DNA of 64,000 nucleotides from Eledone cirrhosa. Lineage: Eukaryota. A program made the translations under genes and the position numbers. Below, in pieces: positions 51,900 to 64,000 of the stretch; the stretch's first letter is position 1; every line of letters starts with the position of its first letter. Where the stretch lies: NCBI GenBank assembly GCA_964016885.1, contig OZ024756.1:40238001-40302000 (forward strand), read 5' to 3'. The notes beneath the pieces were generated by a model. That model was not told the origin of the DNA. It saw nothing but the letters and a program-made list of their open reading frames with translations, and made no database searches.

Positions 51900-52575
51900 G
51901 GAAGCAGAGCAGATGCCAAAAACTAGACCTCACATATCAGCAAAGTTATGGAATGAATCATTAGAAGGAAACTGATCACATTCCTAGTGGAAAATGGCTT
52001 ACTACCTGGCACCTAGCATGGTTCCAAGTAGAAGTTGCTTTACACAGCTTTTACAGCATTATGACTGGGTACTGAAACAGCTACTAGACCATTCGAATGA
52101 GGATGTGATATATCTCAACTTTGGAAAAGCCTTCAACAAGGTTGATCATGGAAACTATGTAGCTTTGGCATTGTTGAAAAATTAGGTGAATGGCATCATA
52201 AAAGACAGAAACCAGATTGTTGCAGCCAACGGAGCCCTCTCAAAGGAAACATCAATAACAAGCGGTGTGCCCCAGGGAACTGTCTTAGGGCCACTCTCTC
52301 AGACATGCCCTCTGTAATACGGACAGTCTCCCTCAAGCTGTGCTGATGACACAAAAGTCGCACAAGCAATCAAGAAACCGGCTGATGCTACTTTCTTATA
52401 ACAGGATTTAGATGTCATATACGGATAGGCTGAAAACAACAACATGCAATTTAATGCAGGTAACTTTCAGGCCCTCTGCTATCAATCCACAGACACAGGG
52501 CCATTACAACAAAGACACACTGGACCAATCGAAATCCCAGAGTCAAAATCAATACGAGACCTGGGTATCTGTGCA
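51900..52575 (+). mobile_element. CR1-clade reverse transcriptase relic
   Basis: SRSCFTQLL, DVIYLNFGKAFNKVDH, SGVPQGTVLGP and ADDTK motifs, broken by stops and frameshifts. Confidence 0.85.
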
Positions 52576-53345
52576 GATGACTGGACGGCTGGATTCTGAG
52601 GACATTCAGGATGGGTCATCAGGGTGGAGGGACAAGTCTGGCCAGGATTGGCTATGCCGTACCTTGCTCCGACAGGACTATAAATTTTGCTGGTTTTTTT
52701 CTACAGCTGGATGCCTTTTCTAACAACAACCATATATATGTGTGTGTAATATCATCATCATCATCATTTTACATGTTTTCCAGTTTTCCATGCTGGCATG
52801 TGTTGGGTTGGATACCATTCCACTTTACGCAGAGCATATACACACATACACATATTTGTGTGTATGTGTTTGAATGTGTAAAACAAAGAAAACAGCATGA
52901 ATGTGAAAATAAATTAATATGCAATAAAATAAGACAAAAAGATACAGTGATAAATTCCAATAGATTTTTACTGCCTTTGGTTAATAAAACCTTTGGTAAT
53001 AAAACCTCATCTCAGAACAGAAATATATTTTAAGACATAATGTTTGGTGCCAGTGAAAAACTTATACAAAGCCATACCCCAGCCATATGGACACAGCAAG
53101 CTTAACAACAACATCAACAACAACTGATGCATTTATAAAACAACGAAGATAGGATTTTGGTTTGTCTGAAATCCTAAAGACCATTATTTGACACAGGAAA
53201 ATAAAAACAACAGAACCTGAAACTGTCCATTCTAACATTTCTTTACCTCTAACATGAAAGTCATTTACATATTTCAAGCCTAAATATAAAAGGACTTTTC
53301 TACACTTGTTGTTGTAGTAAAATAATAGTAACAATAATAATAATA

Positions 53346-53935
53346 ACTGTTTCTACTTTAGGCACAAGGCCAGCAATTTGACGGGGGAGGGGGAAAGTTG
53401 ATTAAAATCGACCCCAGTGCATTACTGGTGCTAACCTCGGCAGGATTTGAACTCAGAACATAAAGGGCCGGAACTAAATACTGCTGAGTATTTCATCCGA
53501 TGCTCTACTGATTCTGCCAATGCTCAAATATTTTCTAATTAAGGCACAAGGCCAGCAATTTGTGGAGAAAAGAAAGTATTTAACTGGTACTTTATTTTAT
53601 TGGCCTCAGGAAGGAAGAAAGGCAAAGCTGACCCTGGCAGGATTTGAACTCAGAACATAAAACACTGTAACTAAATATTGCAAAGTATTTTGTCCAAAGC
53701 TCTACCAATACTGTCAATAAATAATGGTTTCTGATTTAGGCACAAGGCCAACAATTTTTGGGGGAGGGGAAAGTTGATTAAATCAACCCCAGTGCATTAC
53801 TGGTACTTTATTTTATCGATCATGTAAGGATGAAAGGCAAAGCTAACCTCAGTGGGATTTGAACTCAGAACATAAAGATCCATACGTAAATCTATGCCAC
53901 AAAGCATGTCCAATGCTCTACCGATACTGCCAATA
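53346..53935 (-). mobile_element. Three tandem tRNA-derived SINE copies
   Basis: Three repeats of ggcacaaggcc...ggatttgaactcagaacataaa. Confidence 0.8.
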
Positions 53936-54431
53936 TGTTTGTACTAATTCTATAAATCAGGGAGATGCTAGGTAGAGATGTGAATATGTACAAATATGAT
54001 GAACATTTACATAATTATATCCTAGAAATAAATTGTTCAACACCTTCACGTCTCTCTAATTAATATAGACTATAGGGTTTCTTTTATGCCAACCATAAAT
54101 TTAACAAAACGCAAATTTCTCAGTTTGTATGACATACCAATCCTGGCCTTCAAAAATTAAAAACATTCAATACTATTGCTGTCATTATTGATGGGACTGG
54201 TCCACTAAGTAGAGAGTACTCAATACCATAGTAGAAGTGAATATATTCTTTATTAAAGCCAAGCTGGAGTTGTGTTACTGTTGAATTTCTCCTGAGAAAT
54301 TTGTCAGTATAGAAGAGAAACTCCAGAATGTGTGTCTATATATAAACCCCTGGGAAACCAAAATATTATTGCAACTAAAGTATTGATATGAAAGATGAAC
54401 GTGAATTATACAAAGATCACATCATATTAAT

Positions 54432-54630
54432 TATTTATTAATACAGATTAAATTTTAAGCAAAGAATTTCTGCTTTCACCCTATTACGGAATCTTCTGAA
54501 ACTGTTTCAGATCCCGTAATAGGATGAAAGTAGAAATTCTTTGCTTAAACTTTAATCTGTATTAATAATATTTGCTCTACGGTTTATATATATATATACA
54601 ATCCTTATTGAGTCCTCTTCAGATTTTGGT
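54432..54630. mobile_element. Diverged palindromic copy of the CAGAAGA family
   Basis: Inverted arms centred near 54503. Confidence 0.7.
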
Positions 54631-55775
54631 GATTATATATATATAGAGAGAGGGGGAGAGACTTAAAAGTAAACACCCAATTTTTCCATTCATTTTGTTG
54701 CCATGAAGTTGGTTTATAGTTAAGTGTCACAGTATTTCCACATTTAGATACCTTTCCTTACATTTATAACTAACCACTAACCAACAGCGGAGTATTTCAA
54801 TTTATTTTAAATGAAACTCAGCATCTGAGGCAAGCAAACTTACCTGCCTTGCTCAGGGACACCATCTAATAGGCAGCAGCAGTAGTAGTAGTAGTAATAG
54901 ATTTGAACTTAAGTACACATGGTCACAGTAAACTTCATGGGCATTGCACCTCTTCTGCCTCCTAAGTGTGAAGAAATACTTGTAAAATGTCTTACTTAAT
55001 GAAAAATATAATTATTTATAAATATATGAATAATTAACACTACAACTGATAATTAGCACAATACTTTTAATAGGAATGATATTAAACACTAAATGTTTTC
55101 TTTGAAATTATTTTAGCTATCATGGGCTAAGGTCATGATGGAGCACTTGCTTTCATATATATTTACTTCTTTTTTTTTTTTTACTTTTTTTTTATTTAAT
55201 AAATTTTAAAGTTAAAACATCTATTACTGCTTATAAGACAACACATGTTCTGTCTGTTGAATGTTGAGTTAGATGACAGATCATCGAACAAAATTCTGAA
55301 ATCTTTGATAATCGAACAAAATAAACGAGATGAACAACAATAACAAAAACAAACAGCAATAAGAATGAGGAGTAAAATATAGTAACTAAGGTAGACTTGT
55401 ACAAGAAAAGATGGCCTCTTTCAACTTCTCCCCTCTACACAATATAGAAAGAAGAAGATCCACAGGTGAGCTCGTTGACTTATAAACAAACCAGCAGAGG
55501 TTTACACTACATTGGCACTGAACTTTTCAGAGAAGAATCAAGAATATTTTTTTGTTATTTTCCTTCTTTATCTTTTGTTTGTTTGTTTTTTTCCTTCTTT
55601 CTTTGCATGTATGTGACGTGTATGTATGTGTATATAAAAAGTTTCAGATAAGAAGAGGCGAAAAATCAGTGAAGATTTTTAATGTAGACTCATTGAGGAA
55701 AAAAAAATTACATTTATACAGCGTGGAAAAAAGAATGTAAAAGAGAAAAATGTTTAATAAATATACAAGTATATG

Positions 55776-55809
<34 letters not shown>

Positions 55810-55829
55810 TATATATATGTATATATACA

Positions 55830-55867
<38 letters not shown>

Positions 55868-57164
55868 CCTATATACACATGTGTATATATATGTGTGTAT
55901 CTATATATATATACATATGCATATATATATATACATATACATATTCACAGTCATCACAAAACACCACCAAGTTCAATCAATGCAAAGCAAATAAAAAAAA
56001 ATTAAGAGAGAGGATGAAAAAAGAGAGAATGAAGGAAGAGATTTAGAGAAAAAGAGAATGAAGGAAGAGATTTAGAGAAAGAGAATGAAGGAAGAGATTG
56101 AGAGTGAAACAAAGGAAAAAAGAAAAAAAAAACATTTATATTGCATCATGGGATACTCGTTTGTTTTTGTAATTTTTCTTTTCTTTTTTCCTCTCACTTT
56201 ATATATATAGTGATGATGATGATGATTGGTGAAAGGTAGAAATGAAAGGGGGTGGGTTTAAAACAGCCAAAATAATTTAAATGGGTGAATAATTTAAATA
56301 TGACTTTGTACAAACTAAGTTAATAAAATATATACTTCTTTAAAAAATGACAAAATGACAAAAATATGGAAATGAAATGAAATGAAAAAACATGAAATAT
56401 TTTCTGGGTTCCCTTCTTTCTTATTTTTATTTATTTGTATATTTACTGGCTTCTTTTGTTGATAAAATATTGCCTTTCATTATTATTAATTAGTGAACAT
56501 TGTAGTAATTATTTATCTCAAATAATTATCAAAGAAATGAAAAAAAAACACAAAAAAAAAAAAACATGAAAATCTGGGTAAAATAATTTGTAAAAAAATT
56601 TTTTTAAATAAATTGTAAACTTTCAAAAGAAAAAAAAAAGGAAAATAAAATAAAATAAAATCAGTATGAAGCCCCCTGTGCTGCGTCCCCACCCTCTGGC
56701 TGCAGAGACACCAAAGTCTGACAGTGGTAAGATGACAGCTAAGAAAACAGTGATATATATGTGTGTATGTGTGTGTTGCTACAAAATAAAGAAGTTGTAT
56801 ATTTTTTTCAAAAATAGGTAAAATTAAATAAAATTTCTGGATGGCTTTAAATCATAGGAAAAAAAAATTAACAAAAAATAAAAAAAAGAGGAATCCTTAA
56901 AAAAACAGGAGTGACTCCCTCATATAGGTAGGAGGGGGTGGCAACAGAAAAGGGCAATGTTCAACAACCCCTATCACTAAAACAATGACCTCCCTTATGA
57001 TCTATCTTAACTTTTTATGACACTTTTAAGATATATATTTCTACTCCAGTCTGGCCACACTCCATGTCAGTTCTCAGCTCAAGCATGGCTGTTTAATTTT
57101 TCTAAAGATCTCCAGATCTCCTATCCCCAGGCTCATCAGGTAATACATCACTCTACCCTCACCT

Positions 57165-57525
57165 GTTAACAAAGTTACCTGGTGGTAGGACTACAACTCA
57201 TCTCACTCCACCCTCACCTGTATGTCCTATTAATAAAGTTACCTGGTGGTAGGACTACAACTCATCTCACTCCACCCTCACCTGTATGTCCTATTAATAA
57301 AGTTACCTGGTGGTAGGACTACAACTCATCTCACTCCACCCTCACCTGTATGTCCTATTAATAAAGTTACCTGGTGGTTGGACTACAACTCATCTCACTC
57401 CACCCTCAACTATATGTCCTATCAACAAAGTTACCTACCTAGTGGTAAGACTACAACTCACCTCACCTGTATGTCCTATCAACAAAGTTACCTGGTGGTA
57501 GGACTACAACTTACTTCACCTGTCT
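57165..57525. repeat. 64-bp minisatellite, about 5.5 copies
   Basis: Unit begins aaagttacctggtggtaggactacaactc. Confidence 0.9.
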
Positions 57526-58069
57526 GACCCATTCTCCAAATTAACATGACTATCTTTTGAAAGAACTTTTTTTTTTAATTTCATTTTATTAATTTTGTTT
57601 TAAAATGAAATTATTTTCAGTCTATAAACGTGATTCTAAGAATTCCTGCTTAAGAAACTCCTGAGATAGACTACTAGGTGAGTATTTAAGCCTTTTCTGA
57701 AATTTTACCCATCTCTATCAGTTCACCATCCCAATTTCCATTCACGCGAGATAAGAAAAAAAATAGTTTTCTAAACAACACAATTTATTGTATAACATTA
57801 ACAAACTTATATTTAACAATGAAGAATCCTTAAAAATCAACTTTGAAATAAATAAATCTAGCAAGGAAAAAAAAAAAAAAAAAAAAAATGGTGCCATTGC
57901 TGGAATAAAGAACTTTTCAACCTAAAAACCTCAACAGGAACAGCAGAACCAATTTTTCCCCAGAAACTTCTTTCCATTGTCCAGTATCAATTTAGTTTTG
58001 CCTCCCCTCCCCATGTGTGTGTGGGGTCACTTTAACAGTGAACAATAGTGAACAACAGTTTATGTTCTA

Positions 58070-58592
58070 TAGTTAACAGTGTTGTATGTTCTGTAGTTAA
58101 CAGTAAACAGTGTTGTATGTTCTGTAGTTAACAGTAAACAGTGTTGTATGTTCTGTAGTTAACAGTAAACAGTGTTGTATGTTCTGTAGTTAACAGTAAA
58201 CAGTGTTGTATGTTCTGTAGTTAACAGTAAACAGTGTTGTATGTTCTGTAGTTAACAGTAAACAGTGTTGTATGTTCTGTAGTTAACAGTAAACAATAGT
58301 GTTATATGTTCTATAGTTAACAGTAAACAATAGTGTTATATGTTCTATAGTTAACAGTAAACAATAGTGTTATATGTTCTATAGTTAACAGTAAACAATA
58401 GTGTTATATGTTCTATAGTTAACAGTAAACAATAGTGTTATATGTTCTATAGTTAACAGTAAACAATAGTGTTATATGTTCTATAGTTAACAGTAAACAA
58501 TAGTGTTGTATGTTCTATAGTTAACAGTAAACAATAGTGTTGTATGTTCTGTAGTTAACAGTTAACAGTGTTGTATGTTCTGTAGTTAACAG
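58070..58592. repeat. 31/34-bp minisatellite
   Basis: Unit acagtgttgtatgttctgtagttaacagtaa, with a block of +aat variants. Confidence 0.92.
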
Positions 58593-58909
58593 AGAATGGT
58601 GAACAACACAACAATGTTGAGATGGTGAAAAGAAAAATGACTGGTAGAGACAAGACTGACCAATGGTTAGTCTGAGAGCCAAAGAACAGATACGAACATT
58701 TAGAAGAGAAGTTTTACCTCTTGAGATCAAAAAATTATGTATGTACTGCCCAATATCTTAGTGACTACACCTTCCTCTCCATCTCTTCTACTCTTTTAAG
58801 AAAGGTTTTGAATACACTATATATATACACACACACACATCTAGATTAATGGAAGTGTTTTATGCGTAATTGATAGTGTATATGTGTATACATATATATT
58901 TATATACAC

Positions 58910-58940
<31 letters not shown>

Positions 58941-59090
58941 TTATATATATATATAATGTAATGTATATGTGTATGTATCATCATCATCACCGTTTCACGT
59001 CCGTTCTTCCACGCTAACATGGGTTAGACGGGTTGTCCTGTTGTGGGCAGTAGCCGGTCAGCTGACCATGCCTTGCTCATACGGGAACTG

Positions 59091-59139
<49 letters not shown>

Positions 59140-59569
59140 TATCAATTATGCATAAAACACTTCCATTAATCTAGATGTGTGTCGCGACTATAATGAAACT
59201 GGTCAGTCATTCTGAGGAACTGTGCTGTGAGTGTATGTACGCACACAGACATATATACACACACTTGTACATACATCTGTGAGTGTATATTAGAAAAAGA
59301 AAAGTAGACCCCCCCCCACCTAAAGACAGTCTAGCAATAATAATAATAATTGATATTAAAAAGAAAAGAAAAAATAAATCGAAGAGAATGTTGAAGACTT
59401 CTTTGATCAATATTACAACTTATTGATTGTGATTGGTCATTGATTTTGGTTTTGACTATTGATTATTTACAGTTATAAAATAAGAATATTGGAACTGAAA
59501 CTCATTATTGTCATTATCATCTATATTAACAATATTAACATTATTATAATTAATATTATTATTATCATT

Positions 59570-59682
59570 ATTCAAATCCCGCCGAGGTTAACTTTACCTT
59601 TCATCCTTACGGGGTCGATAAAATAAAGTACCAGTCATGCACTGGGTAATTGCTGGCCTTGTGCCTAAAGTTAGAAACAATT
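59570..59682 (+). mobile_element. tRNA-derived SINE 3' part
   Basis: ttcaaatcccgccgagg...ttgtgcctaaagttagaaac. Confidence 0.75.
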
Positions 59683-60018
59683 ATTATTATTAACATTATT
59701 ATCATTAACAATATTAACATTATTATTAGCAAAGACTTCTTCATTCAGCCATCTTTGGAATGTGAAAGTACATTCCATTATGTGAAGGATGTGAGGTGGG
59801 GGTGGAGGAATGAGTAAGGGGTGTGGGGCGGAGTGGAGGAATGACTGAATGAGGGGTGTGGGGTGGGGTGTAGAGGAACAGCTAACAAAGATGGTGATAA
59901 TGACCACAATCTGCCACCTCTTGGCTGAGGTTAATAATAACAATTTAATTAACAGCTGGGATAATTGACACTAATGAGAAACAACAGTTTGTAGTTCCTG
60001 AGACTCCTTCTTGCTTTT

Positions 60019-61110
60019 AAACTGTGTCCTATTGTACCAAACTGTCTGAAACTGTGTCCTATTGTACCAAACTGTCTGAAACTGTGTCCTATTGTACCAA
60101 ACTGTCTGAAACCGTGTCCTATCGTACCAAACTGTCTGAAACCGTGTCCTATCGTACCAAACTGTCTGAAACTGTGTCTTATCGTACCAAACTGTCTGAA
60201 ACTGTGTCTTATTGTACCAAACTGTCTGAAACTGTGTCCTATTGTACCAAACCATCTGAATCTGTGTCCTATCATACCAAACTGTCTGAAACTGTGTCCT
60301 ATTGTACCAAACCATCTGAATCTCGTCCTATCGTACCAAACTGTCTGAATCTGTCCTATCGTACCAAACTGTCTGAATCTGTCCTATCGTACCAAACTGT
60401 CTGAAACTGTGTCCTATCGTACCAAACTGTCTGAAACTGTGTCCTATCGTACCAAACTGTCTGAAACTGTGTCCTATCATACCAAACCATCTGAATCTGT
60501 GTCCTATCATACCAAACTGTCTGAAACTGTGTCCTATTGTACCAAACCATCTGAATCTCGTCCTATCGTACCAAACTGTCTGAATCTGTCCTATCGTACC
60601 AAACTGTCTGAATCTGTCCTATCGTACCAAACTGTCTGAATCTCGTCCTATCGTACCAAACTGTCTGAATCTGTCCTATCGTACCAAACTGTCTGAATCT
60701 CGTCCTATCGTACCAAACTGTCTGAATCTCGTCCTATCGTACCAAACTGTCTGAATCTCGTCCTATCGTACCAAACTGTCTGAATCTGTCCTATCGTACC
60801 AAACTGTCTGAAACTGTGTCCTATCGTACCAAACTGTCTGAAACTGTGTCCTATCATACCAAACCATCTGAATCTGTGTCCTATCGTACGAAACTGTCTG
60901 AAACTGTGTCCTATTGTACCAAACTATCTGAAACTGTGTCCTATCGTACCAAACTGTCTGAAACTGTGTCATATTGTACCAAACTATCTGAAACTGTGTC
61001 CTATTGTACCAAACTGTCTGAAACTGTGTCCTATCATACCAAACCATCTGAAACTGTGTCCTATCATACCAAACTGTCTGAAACTGTGTCCTATCATACC
61101 AAAACTGTGT
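60019..61110. repeat. 28-30-bp minisatellite
   Basis: Unit aaactgtgtcctatcgtaccaaactgtctg. Confidence 0.93.
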
Positions 61111-62674
61111 TTGTGAAAGATAGATCACTAAATCCCTCTAAATTCTTGATTCAACATTTTATGATATTTTAGTCTTGGTATAATCTGAGCCACAGAACAT
61201 AAACTGAATTTTTTTTCTCCATGCGACCTCTCTTTGTTTTTTGTTGTTTTTCTTTTCAAATTTTAGAAAAAAGCTGACGATAAAAATATAAAACAGGTCT
61301 AAAAAAGATTTGTTTAAATATATATATGTATATATATAAAATATTAAAAATAATAAAAATAGAAAGAGGAGAAAGAAAAAAAAGGGACAAGTCTCACCCC
61401 AAACTCCGAGCCCGATCCTACTTCCCACAAACAGTTTAGTCAGTAGTGGTGGTGGTGAGGAGAGTGAGAGAGAGGGAGATGGTCAACTTGACAAAGGTTA
61501 TTACTAAAACACTTTAATGGCTACTTAACTGTTTCGATTCAACATTTGCTATCTGCACACACACATGCAATAAGATGGACAACAGCCTCACCACCCCAGC
61601 CACGCACTAAAGTCCCACCCACTTCTTCCCCACCCAGTAAGCCAGAAGCACTCATATGATACCCCCAGAGTAAAGATCAATTCAATTAGATACAAGGAGC
61701 AAATTTGACAGAAAGAAAATATAATAATTTTACATGAAACACTGTTTGCTCTATACTTTCTGACTTTCTTTCCATTTTCCCTACTTTCCATTAAATAATC
61801 ACCAATATTAATTAATTATTTCATTAGGTTTGTTTGTTTTTTGGGGGTTATTTTTTTTTCTTTTGTTAAATTTTCATATTTTGTATTTTAAATGATTTAA
61901 AATTTAGAAAATTTAGAAATGGTTTCACAACTGAAATAGTTTCTCTTCATGGAAGATGTTTTAAAGATTTAAGAAAAAAAAAAAAAAAACATGAATGAAT
62001 GAATGAATGAATAAATAAATAAATTCATCTAAATTATAGAAAAAAGAAAGTAAAAGAAGAGGAAGAAGAAGAAACAATTAAATGTTTAAATAATAAAAGT
62101 AGAGGAATTTGACCATGAGCCATCTCGTTGTCAGTGAAAAGTTAAGGATGTTTACTACATAACATCTGTAATATAGACAGGGCTGTCTGTGAGCAGTGGA
62201 GCCACCAAGAGATTAAAACAAAGTCTTATACATGATTTATGTAAAGAACTGTTTGTTCTTTACAAAAAAAAAAAAAAAATTAATTTAACAACAAAACATA
62301 GTGAAGTAATAAATAAATTAATTAAAACAAAACAGAACAGAAAAGGCCAGAGAGGAAGAAGAGAAATGAGGCCAATTATTTTTTTAACCTTGTGCACGCA
62401 CTAGGCGCCTTATGTTGCCGATAGAGTAATCTCCCCTTGATGTAGTGTCAAAGGAAGCCATTCATAAAATATTCAGCGTGCTTAAGGTTAAGGTTTCATT
62501 ATTAAACAATGAAAGAATTTGACCTAAAAAAAAAAAAAAACCTACAATAAATGCTGTGTGTAAGACAGAAGAAAAAAAATAATTGTGATTGAGAGAGATG
62601 GAAATTTAAGCGAGTTATCATTTAAATGAACATATATAAATACAGACAGACACATAGAAAGTTCCAGAAATTAA

Positions 62675-62715
<41 letters not shown>

Positions 62716-63142
62716 GCCAGGCTGAAAAAAAAAAAAAAATTTTGTTCTTTTAAATCACAAAAAATACTTCATTTTTGTATATACTTCAACCAGAAAATTC
62801 CATGTCACTTTTTTGACCGACCCCTTATTAGGGGATAAAAAACAACAACAAAAAGATGCAAGATAAAAGATATCTTTTTTTTTTTCTTAAAAAAGCCACT
62901 AAAAAAAAAAAAAAGACAGGAAATTTCTATCTGAGCACCATCTAGATTCCGTTTGAAGTTTCATTTCTCTTGTGTTTTTTTGGGGGTTTGGTTTTTTTTT
63001 TTTTTGCTTCTAGAAATTATAAACCATTTAATCATATATTTTTGTTATAGTAGGAGTTGTTCTTGGATTTTAAAAAATGTGTGGGACTGGGGATAGTCAT
63101 TTCAGCAATAAATATATATATATATATATATACTACACACAC

Positions 63143-63175
<33 letters not shown>

Positions 63176-63595
63176 GATATATGTGTGTGTGTGTGTGTGC
63201 ATATATATATATATATACACATATATAGACAGAGAGATAGATAGAGGTGTAAGATATTGTCAACACGAGGCCTAAAGAACAACCATGGCCAACAGCTTAT
63301 CCCTTATGCAAGCTTACCTTTGCATTATGAAACCTTTGGTAGCCTATGATATATATATATACACATATATATATACGGTAGCCTATGATATATATTTATG
63401 CATGAGTAATCATATGAATTATGTAAATGTGTGGTGATATTTACAAAGAAAATGTTTGTCAAAGGGTGGGGAAGGGGGTGGCTGATTGGGGGATGGGCGT
63501 GGTTTTTATATATTTGTCTTCTTTGTGTCTCCAAGAGCTGCAAATGATGAGAAGGGGGAAGGGGAGAGAGACACAGGGGCCAAGAGGTTGCTGTT

Positions 63596-63644
<49 letters not shown>

Positions 63645-64000
63645 CATATATACACATAATATATATATATACATGAGTGTGTGATGAAGGTTTCTAGCTA
63701 AGATCACAAAATAGCACAAAAAAAACAAAACAAAACAAAAACAAAAACATCAACATAAACACAGACTTAGGAAAAAACAAACAACACACATAATTTATAT
63801 TGCTGACCAACAGTTGTAGATATTGTAGTTGTGGTTGTTGTTATTGTTGGCTTCAACTCCCTTTTATGTAATATATGTGTATATATAGATATATACACAC
63901 ACAAGACATCAGTGAGACTGTTAAGTCGGTTTTTTTGTTTTTTTTTTACATTTATATATAATTATGTATGTATAACTGTACGTACGTGTGTGTATATATA

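Overview
AT-rich, repeat-dense animal genomic DNA. The SINE and microsatellite content resembles an octopod cephalopod (inferred, not verified). The main feature is a complete, intact DNA topoisomerase IB gene (TOP1) on the minus strand, rebuilt by hand as 19 GT-AG coding exons from 43113 to 11831. The CDS is 2718 nt (905 aa) with all splice phases compatible; exons 1-2 are less certain. Around and inside it are relics of Penelope-like (PLE), RTE, CR1, CRE and mariner elements, piggyBac-type TTAA MITEs, a tRNA-derived SINE, many minisatellites and long (TA)n tracts. Two things stand out. First, several distinct families of short, mostly palindromic, ORF-less elements sit in (TA)n tracts and fold into type I hammerhead ribozymes. 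One is fully canonical, one family has a fixed variant core (CAGAAGA), and several are in the sense of the TOP1 pre-mRNA. Second, a 40-bp minisatellite repeats the real 5' splice site of TOP1 exon 12 a further 33 times. Most long ORFs in the supplied track are microsatellite artefacts. All structures were folded by eye and nothing was searched against databases.
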